Assembly (NCBI GenBank): GCA_048207125.1
Contig: DBEWRE010000003.1
Location: 3,846 to 67,845, forward strand
Direction: 5' to 3'
DNA length: 64,000 nt
DNA from: Collinsella sp.
Lineage (GTDB): Bacteria > Actinomycetota > Coriobacteriia > Coriobacteriales > Coriobacteriaceae
In this document: one piece after another, positions 1 to 7,735 of the stretch
Position numbering within the stretch: the first letter of the stretch is position 1
Layout of the letters: each line of letters opens with the position of its first letter
Made by a program: the position numbers and the translations under genes
The notes under the pieces: generated by a model
The model's input: only the letters and a program-made list of their open reading frames with translations
The model's database searches: none
What the model was told of the DNA's origin: nothing

Positions 1-97
1 GCAACCGCCTCCTACTATAGCATCCACTTAGGTGAGAGAGCCGATTTTTTATACAGTCCTGACAGCCAGATGACATCGCCCGCTCGTGGATCCGGCG

Positions 98-1663
98 CTA
101 CACCTGCGGCAGCTGCGCGTCCTTAGGCATGGTCACGGTGCCCCCGACCACCTCTTTGGGGAACTGCTCGTCATGGCTCAGCAGCTCGCTTACGGTAACA
201 AGCTCGTAGCCGGCAGCCTTCAGGCCGTCGATGATGCCGGGGAGCGCTTCCACGTCCTGCTGGCGGTTTCCCCCACCGTCGTGCATGAGGACGATGGCGC
301 CGTTGAACGCGTTGTTGAGCACCGCCGCTTTGATGGCGTCCGCACCCGGGCGCTTCCAATCTAGCGTGTCGACGTTCCACAGCACGTTGCAGCTGATGAT
401 ATCGCCCGCGCGACCCCACTCCGTCGCGGTGAAGGCACCGTAGGGGGCACGGATCATCTGGGGGCGAATGCCCGCCGCGCCCGAGATGGCATCTGCTGCG
501 GACGAGATCTCCGCGCGCAGGGCGTTCGCATCCAAATTGGGCAGGTACTGGTGGGCGTTGGTATGGCTTGCCAGCTCATGCCCCTCTTCTACCAGCTGCT
601 TGGCGTACTTGCCATAATTGCCCTCCTGCGAGCCCAGGTTGTAGAAGGTCGCCTTGGCTCCCTTGTCCTTAAGGATCTTCAGGATGTCCGGAGTATAGCC
701 GCTGGGACCGTCGTCGAAGGTGAGGGCGATGTACTTGCCGCCCGCCGGCTTGACGTTGCGCGAAGCGATAATCATATCCTGCGCGGGCTCCGTGACTTCC
801 TTGTCCTGTTCCTCGCCCGACTCGTCCCCCACGGTTACCACTTTTATACCGGCGCGGCCCCACTGCGAGACAAACTGCACGGCACCGCCGGACTCCATCT
901 GAAGGCCCGGTGCCACCGCAACAATCTTCTCCGACGAGGATTCCGTCACGTCAACGCCATCGGACACCACGAAGCTGGCGCCGTCCACCACGTTGACGCC
1001 CTCCATGTCCCGAGGCTCCATCTGCTTGCCGTCCATCGCGACCGAATACCTCGTACCGCCGTCCTCGGCGATGACGTTGCCGCCTATGGATAGCTTTCGA
1101 CCGGCCTTGGCGCCGAAGTAATCGTTATCGCGAATGAACTCGTCCGCAGACGTTCCCACGCGAACCTGCACGTCCTCGCCGTTCACTTGCACATGCAGCG
1201 GACGCAGCATAGTCCAATAGCAGCTAAAGAGCGCCACGCCCAGCATGGCCACGCCCAAGATCGCGGCGATTACGGCGGTCTTTCCAGATGACAATTCCCC
1301 CACCTCGGGGCGCGGCGCGCGGACGCCCGCCACGCTGGCGGGACCGCCTGCAGCGGCGGCTGCCCGGCGTCGCGTGGTAGCGGGACGCGGAGGCGTCACC
1401 TGCTGGTGCGGGCGGACGGGCGTCTGATGAGCAGGCGCCTCCTGCTGCTCGGCGCGCTGTTGCCGATGCTGCTGCCGATGCCCGGCGTGCTGCCGCCCGG
1501 CGTACTGGTGCCCGGCGTGCTGCTGGGGAGCCGGCCTGAAATGCGGGTGCTGGCCGCCAGCCTCAAACTTATTGTGCTGTCCCTTTTCCACGATGATCGC
1601 CTCTCGATGGAGCCGTGCGTTTAAGTTTCGTTTAGCTTTCATCTTGACCCATCGCGCGGACAC
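98..1663 (-). CDS. membrane-anchored polysaccharide deacetylase (NodB / CE4 family)
   Basis: 521-aa ORF. The C-terminal NodB homology domain has all five motifs intact (TFDDGP, SHTNAH, RAPYG, DTLDW, LMHDG). The N-terminus is a His/Gln/Pro/Arg-rich tail followed by one TM helix (TAVIAAILGVAMLGVALF). The first in-frame start is GTG at 1663; ATG at 1642 is an alternative. Confidence 0.8.
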   Translation of the reverse strand: MSARWVKMKAKRNLNARLHREAIIVEKGQHNKFEAGGQHPHFRPAPQQHAGHQYAGRQHAGHRQQHRQQRAEQQEAPAHQTPVRPHQQVTPPRPATTRRRAAAAAGGPASVAGVRAPRPEVGELSSGKTAVIAAILGVAMLGVALFSCYWTMLRPLHVQVNGEDVQVRVGTSADEFIRDNDYFGAKAGRKLSIGGNVIAEDGGTRYSVAMDGKQMEPRDMEGVNVVDGASFVVSDGVDVTESSSEKIVAVAPGLQMESGGAVQFVSQWGRAGIKVVTVGDESGEEQDKEVTEPAQDMIIASRNVKPAGGKYIALTFDDGPSGYTPDILKILKDKGAKATFYNLGSQEGNYGKYAKQLVEEGHELASHTNAHQYLPNLDANALRAEISSAADAISGAAGIRPQMIRAPYGAFTATEWGRAGDIISCNVLWNVDTLDWKRPGADAIKAAVLNNAFNGAIVLMHDGGGNRQQDVEALPGIIDGLKAAGYELVTVSELLSHDEQFPKEVVGGTVTMPKDAQLPQV

Positions 1664-1873
1664 GAAGGGTCTCAGAGGTGATTATGACTAAAGAGTCAAG
1701 TTGATGCGTATCCAATGTCATTTAGCGTGGGCACGGTCGGCGAACGGTCGCTTACCCGAGCGCTCGCACGGCGTCCATGCGCTGCACCCATGCGCTGTGC
1801 CCATGCGCTGCAGCCGCCGGCGGCACCCTCCGTGCGCGACCGTCGCCGGCACGCCCCGACGCAAAGGTGCGTT

Positions 1874-3271
1874 CTACTCCCCGCCCTCGCTATCGGTTGC
1901 CACCTGCGGCAAGACGGCGTCCTTGGGCATGGCCACCTTGGTAAGGCTCTTGAGCTCTTCAGCCAGGTCCTCGTCCGTCTTGATCAGGTCGCTTAAAGAC
2001 AACAGCTCGTAGCCTTCCGCCTGCAAGCGGTCGATGATCAGCGGCAACGCCTCGACCGTCTGGGAAGAGGTGGACGAGTTATCCGTCAGCAGCACGATGT
2101 TGCCGTTGGAGATAGAGCCCGCCACCGTATCCGCTACGGCCTGCGCCCCGGGCAGGGTCCAGTCACCGGAGTCGATATTCCACGTCACCACGGCGCTCAC
2201 CAAATCCATGGCCTGTGCCCAATCATGCTCGCTAAAAGCGCCGTAGGGCGGGCGCAACAGGGCGGTCGTGACGCCCGCGGCCTTGGAGATCGCATCGAAA
2301 CCGCGGCTGATCTGGCTACGCAGATCGTCGCCGGAAAGACTCGAAAGGTCCGTGTCGCTGTAGCTGTTGGAACCGATGTCAAACCCTGCCTGGGCTATTG
2401 CCTTAACCGCATCCGGATGCTTCTTTACCATGTCGCCCGAGAGGAAGAACGTGGCGCCCGCACCCTTCTCCTGCAGGATCTTCACTATCTGCTGGGTGTT
2501 CTCGCTTGGCCCCTCGTCGAACGTGAGCGCGGCGTACTTCTTGCCCTTCTTGTCCGGAGAGACGGAGCGGCAGACAACCTCGCAGTTGACCACTTCTTGC
2601 ACCACGCCCTTATCCGCCGTGATGCCGGATTGCTTGCCCACCCAGACCTCGCTGCGACCGGGCACGCCCCAGGTCTTAACGTACTTGATTGCCCCGCGCC
2701 CGTCGATGCTCAGCGTGGGCGCGATCTCGGTAGCCTGCACGTCGTGCTCTTCATAGCGGTCGCGACCGTCTGCAACCTCCACCTTATCGCCGGGTTGCAG
2801 CTTGGTCTCGCCCAGGCTGTCCGCGCTCACGCGCTTGCCGTTGAGCTTGACCGACACGCGCTCGCCGCCCTCTTTCTGCAGTACGGAATCATCGACCGCC
2901 AGCAGGTTGCCGGGCGTTGGATTGAGTTCCTTATCCTGGATGAGCTGCTCGATCGAAGAGTTGATGCGCGCCTTGGCATCCGAGCCGTTCAGCGTGATAC
3001 CCACCTCGCGGTTGGCGTACCAGATGATGCTGGCGACAAAGAACAGAAACGCGCAGCCCACCGCGATAAACGCGTACGGCTTGCGCGAATTGTTGGTACC
3101 CATGCCACGGCCGCCTCGTCCGCCGCGCCTGCCAAACCCCTGCGAGTGGTTGAGGTACTGAACCCCCGGCTTGCGCTGCTGGCGGCGGCGACCGCCGGGC
3201 AGAAAGTCCGTGTTGTTGCGCCGGTAATGCGGCTTCTTTTTGGTGGAGTAGGAGGTGGTGTAGTTAAGCAA
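1874..3271 (-). CDS. NodB-family deacetylase paralogue with degenerate catalytic motifs (probable pseudoenzyme)
   Basis: 465-aa ORF with the same architecture as 98..1663: basic Arg/Gly tail, TM helix AFIAVGCAFLFFVASIIW, beta-rich middle region, NodB-like domain and shared C-terminal MPKDAxLPQV. The NodB motifs read TFDEGP, GSNSYSD, RPPYG, DSGDW, LLTDN. TTG start at 3271 preceded by AGGGA; the start is uncertain. Confidence 0.75.
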   Translation of the reverse strand: MLNYTTSYSTKKKPHYRRNNTDFLPGGRRRQQRKPGVQYLNHSQGFGRRGGRGGRGMGTNNSRKPYAFIAVGCAFLFFVASIIWYANREVGITLNGSDAKARINSSIEQLIQDKELNPTPGNLLAVDDSVLQKEGGERVSVKLNGKRVSADSLGETKLQPGDKVEVADGRDRYEEHDVQATEIAPTLSIDGRGAIKYVKTWGVPGRSEVWVGKQSGITADKGVVQEVVNCEVVCRSVSPDKKGKKYAALTFDEGPSENTQQIVKILQEKGAGATFFLSGDMVKKHPDAVKAIAQAGFDIGSNSYSDTDLSSLSGDDLRSQISRGFDAISKAAGVTTALLRPPYGAFSEHDWAQAMDLVSAVVTWNIDSGDWTLPGAQAVADTVAGSISNGNIVLLTDNSSTSSQTVEALPLIIDRLQAEGYELLSLSDLIKTDEDLAEELKSLTKVAMPKDAVLPQVATDSEGGE

Positions 3272-3318
3272 TGGTGTTCCCTATTCCGTCCCGCGACCGC
3301 ACAGCGGCCATAGGTGTG

Positions 3319-4275
3319 CTACTTGCCGGTACTCGGTTTCTTCTTTGAGCCGGCGTCTGTACCGGCCGCTTTTTTGAATTCGCTGGCAAACGCGGAGAAC
3401 ATGCCGCCCGCGCGCCCCAGCTGCTTGCCCACGGCGCGCGCACCGGATCCGGACGACGCCTTCTTCGCAGGCTTGCCGGACGCCGTGCCCGCGGTCTTTG
3501 CGCCCGCCTTCGCGTTCGTGGATGCCTTTTTGGCCGGAGTCCCCGCCGCCTTCTTGTATTCGGACGAGAACTCCTTGAACGCGCCAGCGGTCTTGCCGAT
3601 CTGACGACCCAGGGCATGGCTGCCCTTCTCGACCGCCTCCGAGCCCTTCTCGTCCAAAACCTTGGCACCCTTTTTGACGCCTTCGCTCGCCTTGACCGAA
3701 GCTTCCGCCGCCTTGGCAGCCGCTCCGCCAGAGAACTCCAGCTTGGAAGCCTCGTCCTTAACCACCATGGCGCCCTTGGAATATCCAAGCAGGTAGTCTG
3801 CGGGCATCTCCATATAGCCTATCAACGCGCTGGAGGCGCCGCTGGGGGTGAGCTTGAACATATCGACGGCACCGGTGCGGTAGTTGAACGACGCGTCCGC
3901 GCAGTAACCAAGCTTGGCGCCGGACTGCGTGCGCACGTCCATGCCGGTCCAGATAACGCAGGCATCCAAATCGATGCCCAGGCGCTTGGCCGCCGCGGAA
4001 TCAAACGACTCGCGAACGTCTGCGACCAGCAGATCGCCGCCATCGTCCACCGCGAACGCATCAAGGGCGACAAAGCGGTCGGGCTGCTTGATCATGCCGG
4101 CGATATCCGGCTGCTTGACCATAAAGCCAACGATCCGCTGCCCGCCGGGCGTGAACACCGGGAGATGGACCTTGCCAAGATATTTTGAGCTAGCGGGGCG
4201 CCCGTCGTTCTTGTCCTGCTTGTCCTTAGGCTTTGCAAGCCAAACGCGAACGCCCTGAAGGGTTCCTACCAGCAT
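3319..4275 (-). CDS. hypothetical protein, PRC-barrel-like N-terminal region with Lys/Ala-rich repeat tail
   Basis: 318-aa ORF whose ATG (4273..4275) directly abuts the stop of the upstream YtxH-like gene. The PRC-barrel assignment is from memory and weak. The C-terminal third is Lys/Ala/Gly-rich and contains a duplicated 24-aa motif GxQxGxxxGxFxxFxSExKKAAGT. Confidence 0.5.
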   Translation of the reverse strand: MLVGTLQGVRVWLAKPKDKQDKNDGRPASSKYLGKVHLPVFTPGGQRIVGFMVKQPDIAGMIKQPDRFVALDAFAVDDGGDLLVADVRESFDSAAAKRLGIDLDACVIWTGMDVRTQSGAKLGYCADASFNYRTGAVDMFKLTPSGASSALIGYMEMPADYLLGYSKGAMVVKDEASKLEFSGGAAAKAAEASVKASEGVKKGAKVLDEKGSEAVEKGSHALGRQIGKTAGAFKEFSSEYKKAAGTPAKKASTNAKAGAKTAGTASGKPAKKASSGSGARAVGKQLGRAGGMFSAFASEFKKAAGTDAGSKKKPSTGK

Positions 4276-4662
4276 TTACGCCTCTGCAGGAGCCTCGGCT
4301 GCCGGAGTCACGCCCGCGGCGGTCTCGACTACAACGTCTGCGGCGGGGGTAACGTTGCCGCCGGCGATGGCCTCGTTGAGGGACTCGCGGAGCTGATCCA
4401 TGCGCTCGCGGGCAAGGTCCACCTTGGCGCGCAGCTCGTCGGTCTTGGCATCCATCATGGGGCCAAAGTCCGTGGCGGCGGCGCGAGCCTGGTCAACGCC
4501 CTGCTCATACATGTCGCGCGCGGAATCCCACGCGTCGTTAGCCATATCCGCTGCCATGGCACGCGTCTCCGCACCGGAGCGCGGGGCGACCAGGATGCCG
4601 ATGATCGTACCGGCGGCGGCGCCAAAGACGGCACCTGCTACAAATCCAAGACCTTTACCCAT
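4276..4662 (-). CDS. YtxH domain-containing protein
   Basis: 128-aa ORF with ATG preceded by GGGAGGGA. The N-terminus GFVAGAVFGAAAGTIIGILVAPRSGAETR matches the YtxH hallmark (TM helix followed by APxSGxETR). A helical Ala/Glu/Arg-rich region follows. Confidence 0.75.
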   Translation of the reverse strand: MGKGLGFVAGAVFGAAAGTIIGILVAPRSGAETRAMAADMANDAWDSARDMYEQGVDQARAAATDFGPMMDAKTDELRAKVDLARERMDQLRESLNEAIAGGNVTPAADVVVETAAGVTPAAEAPAEA

Positions 4663-4952
4663 GTTAGGTTCCCTCCCAAGAGTCGAGCGGTATGCACAAA
4701 TACGTGTTGGTACGCAATTCGCGTAGTTAGTCTTCCATTATACCCGCTTGCCATGATCTTCACCCATACGGACGCAGGCTGGGTTGCAGGGGCGGGCGGC
4801 GGGCTATGGGCGGACACGGGATGGCACGTGCGTGCCTGGCCGCGCGGCAAACCATTCACATACCGTGCCGTGCAGCGCCGCGGGCGCCGCCTACATGCGT
4901 ATTTCATATAAAAAGAAGCAAATAATGTGACTGCAAAGGGTATAATCAAATC

Positions 4953-5046
4953 GGTACCAGCGAAGCCCGTTCGTAGTTAACAGGTTACGGGCGGCGCAAG
5001 GTATTATTGGTTAGAGGGGCCGGTTGCCGTCGGCCCCTTCTTTTCC
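4953..5046 (+). ncRNA. candidate small RNA (promoter-to-terminator unit, no family recognised)
   Basis: TATAAT at 4941..4946 lies in an AT-rich stretch. About 95 nt follow, containing hairpin GCCCGT-16nt-ACGGGC (4965..4992) and a GC-rich hairpin AGGGGCCG-8nt-CGGCCCCT (5015..5038) followed by TCTTTTCC. There is no plus-strand gene upstream and no credible ORF inside. The ends are not mapped. Confidence 0.3.
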
Positions 5047-5163
5047 TCCCTTGGTCATCCGTTGGTGTCTATATTCCCGCCATCGATCATATAGCTCTAA
5101 GAGCAACGACCAGATGCTCGCCGTATTGGCGAGAGCACTCAGGATTTCTAGAAATATATTCAT
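5011..5163 (-). CDS. small hydrophobic/basic peptide (50 aa), candidate membrane-active toxin
   Basis: This ORF is below the ORF-track length cutoff. Signals: TAGGAGG (5170..5176), 6-nt spacer, ATG at 5161..5163, TAA at 5011..5013. Product: MNIFLEILSALANTASIWSLLLELYDRWREYRHQRMTKGGKEGADGNRPL, with a hydrophobic/amphipathic N-terminal ~25 aa and a basic C-terminus. Its codons are AT-rich, unlike the neighbouring genes. Confidence 0.4.
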   Translation of the reverse strand: MNIFLEILSALANTASIWSLLLELYDRWREYRHQRMTKGGKEGADGNRPL

Positions 5164-5492
5164 GGGCAGCCTCCTAAAAATAGGCGCGCCACCCGCACTC
5201 GGACTTCGCTGATACGCTTCAATACTAGCACCGTATTGGCACCCGCTCGAAGGTTGCCACGATCTAGTAGCATTTTTTCAGGCAATCATCATCTGAGAAT
5301 GCCATAAGGGCCGCATACAAAAAAACAGCTGGCGATCACGAGTTGCCGCGGACATCTGCCCGCCGCCGCACGCAACCGCCAGCCGCGATAATTCTTCTGT
5401 TAGGCCGCGGCTGCCGCCGGACCGCTGTTGCTAATTAGCCACTATTGCCGTGGCTGCCACCAGCCCGCTGACGACTGCCCCGGCCAGCGAAG

Positions 5493-6155
5493 TTACTGCT
5501 GCTCGCCCCGCCACATATCTTCGGCGGCTCCGCCAAACAGCACCTCGCTGCCCAGCTCGTTCACCGCAGCGCGGGCTCCCTCGGTATCGACCACCGCGGA
5601 CTCCGCCGTATACGGCAGCTCGTCGCCCACGCACTGCGCGCCCTCGTCCACCTGCGGCTCGTACTCGTCCGGCTCCTCGCCGCGCAGGCGAAGCATAAGG
5701 TTGCGCAGGGCAGCCACGGTGCCCGGAAAGTCGGGAGCGACCTGGTCTGGGTGCAAAAACGCCCACTGCATCATAAACGACGCGGACGAAAGCGCGCCCA
5801 CGGTCAGGGCATCGTCCACGCAGGAAAGCTCGATATCGAACAGGCGCGGGTCGTCCGGATTGGGCTTGGTTCGGCCACTCACCACGTCGCCGGCGAGCCC
5901 GGTTTCGTTCAGGATCTCGACCGTGAGGTGCTCCAGCAGGTGCGCCACCTCGGTGTCGCTCATGCAGTCCTGGAAATGCTCGCCCGCATCGCCCAAGCAG
6001 GTGTGCATGGCGATGGCGGGTGCCAGGTAGTACACGCGGGCGGTCGCCTCGATGTCCTCGGAGGTTCGAACGGGCATGCCCGGGTTTACCAGCACGCGGG
6101 CGGTGAGCTTGTCCGCGCCCACCGTGATCTTCATGATGTTGAACAGGTCTGCCAT
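5493..6155 (-). CDS. hypothetical protein; possible cyanophycin-synthetase N-terminal-like domain
   Basis: 220-aa ORF with ATG and GGAAAGAG SD, 15 nt downstream of the CNNM gene stop, so probably co-transcribed. The pattern HTCLGDAGEHF...TEVAHLLEHLTVEILNETG resembles the HxCSxG...GTxxGHxxEHVALELQ core of the CphA N-domain (from memory, low confidence). The C-terminal half is acidic. Confidence 0.6.
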   Translation of the reverse strand: MADLFNIMKITVGADKLTARVLVNPGMPVRTSEDIEATARVYYLAPAIAMHTCLGDAGEHFQDCMSDTEVAHLLEHLTVEILNETGLAGDVVSGRTKPNPDDPRLFDIELSCVDDALTVGALSSASFMMQWAFLHPDQVAPDFPGTVAALRNLMLRLRGEEPDEYEPQVDEGAQCVGDELPYTAESAVVDTEGARAAVNELGSEVLFGGAAEDMWRGEQQ

Positions 6156-6170
6156 GTTCTCTTTCCGTTT

Positions 6171-7556
6171 CTACTCGTCCTCGTGCTTGTCCTGCTTGCC
6201 GCGCAGCACGTATTTGATAGGCGCCTTGTCCGCCTTCTCCTCGTCCTGCGACTCCTCCGGCTTGGGTTCCGGCGCCGGAGCGATAACGCGGATCAGCGAG
6301 ATGCGCTGGCCGCGCATGGACTGCACCTTGAACTTGTACCCATCGACCTCGAAGACCTCACCGATATCCGGCACGGAGTCGCACAGGTCCAAAATCCAGC
6401 CGGCAACGGTCTCGTAGTCGTCACTCTCCTCGATGGGCCAGCCAAGCTCCTCCGCATCATCGCACGAGAAACGGCCGTCCACCAGCCATTCGCGGCGAGA
6501 CAGGCGAGTGAGGTACTTGTTGTCCGGGTCGAACTCGTCCTCGATCTCGCCCACGATCTCCTCGACGATGTCCTCGACCGTGATGATGCCGGCGGTGCCG
6601 CCATACTCGTCCACGACCACCACGATCTGGTCATGGGCGGTCTGCATCTCGGAGAGCAGGGGCAGGATGTCCTTGGTGTCGGGAACAAACGTCGCGTCGC
6701 GCAGGTACTCGCGGACGGGCTCGTCGCCCTTGCCGTCCAGCGCCAGGCCAATAAGGTCCTTGATGTGGGCGATGCCGGCGATGTCGTCCGGATCGTCCTT
6801 GTAGACGGGCATGCGGCTAAAGCCGGTCTGGCGCATAAGAGTCAGCACGTCGGCGATGGTGCGGTCGTCCTCCACCATGGTGACGTCGACGCGGGGCACC
6901 ATGACCTCGCGGGCCACGGCGTCGCCCAGATCCATGACCTCGTGGATGATGCGCTTCTCCTCATCCAGCAGCGTATCCTGCTCGTTGATCATGTACTTGA
7001 TCTCTTCCTCGGACACGTTCTGACGGTCGTCGCCGCTCTTGATGCGCATAAGGCGGGCAAGGCCGTTGGCGGACGCCTGGGTAAACCACACCAGCGGGCG
7101 GGCGATCTTTTGGAACACGGTCAGCGGCTGGGCAACGCGCTTTGCCATGCCCTCGGCGTCGGCCAGGGCGATGCGCTTGGGCACCAGCTCGCCCACCACG
7201 ATGGACAGATAGGACACGGCCAGCGTGATCAGCACGGGCGAAAGGCCGCGGGCGACCATGCTGAGCGGCTCGATACCAAAGCTGCACAGCCAGTCGGCCA
7301 GCGGGTCGGACAGATTGGTCGACGCCACCGCGGACGAGGCGAAGCCCACCAGCGTGATAGCCACCTGGATGGTCGCCAAGAAGTTGCCCGAGTCCGCAGC
7401 GAGCTCGCTGGCGCGGCGGGCGCGGCGGTCGCCTTCTTCCGCCTCATGGTCCAGCACGGCGCGCTTTGCCGTGGTGAGCGCCATCTCGGACATGGAGAAG
7501 AAGCCGTTGACTACGGTGAGGACAACTGTGGTGAGAATGCTGATGGTTATGTCCAT
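6171..7556 (-). CDS. CNNM/HlyC-CorC family transporter (DUF21 + CBS pair + CorC_HlyC)
   Basis: 461-aa ORF. It has an N-terminal four-TM DUF21-type domain, a central CBS-pair region and a C-terminal CorC/HlyC-type domain, plus an acidic/lysine tail. This is the classic TlyC/CorC layout. Confidence 0.85.
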   Translation of the reverse strand: MDITISILTTVVLTVVNGFFSMSEMALTTAKRAVLDHEAEEGDRRARRASELAADSGNFLATIQVAITLVGFASSAVASTNLSDPLADWLCSFGIEPLSMVARGLSPVLITLAVSYLSIVVGELVPKRIALADAEGMAKRVAQPLTVFQKIARPLVWFTQASANGLARLMRIKSGDDRQNVSEEEIKYMINEQDTLLDEEKRIIHEVMDLGDAVAREVMVPRVDVTMVEDDRTIADVLTLMRQTGFSRMPVYKDDPDDIAGIAHIKDLIGLALDGKGDEPVREYLRDATFVPDTKDILPLLSEMQTAHDQIVVVVDEYGGTAGIITVEDIVEEIVGEIEDEFDPDNKYLTRLSRREWLVDGRFSCDDAEELGWPIEESDDYETVAGWILDLCDSVPDIGEVFEVDGYKFKVQSMRGQRISLIRVIAPAPEPKPEESQDEEKADKAPIKYVLRGKQDKHEDE

Positions 7557-7735
7557 GGGGACGAGTTAAACCTCCAAAAGAGAACTTGCAAACAAGGGGC
7601 GCGCGTCGAGCGCGGGTACGGATCGCGCGGGGCGGCGCGTCGGGCGCGGGTGCGGGCGTACTGGGTGCGGGCGCGTCGTGGCCTGCCGCCGGTTGCACGG
7701 CATGGCGGCCAAGGCGAAACGTGACGGTAGGGTCG

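Noticed and set aside
5751-7724. 657-aa plus-strand ORF spanning the CNNM gene region
   Set aside because: It is antisense to two well-supported minus-strand genes. Its translation is Arg/Ala/Gly/His/Leu-rich with no motifs. This is a typical shadow ORF of high-GC DNA.
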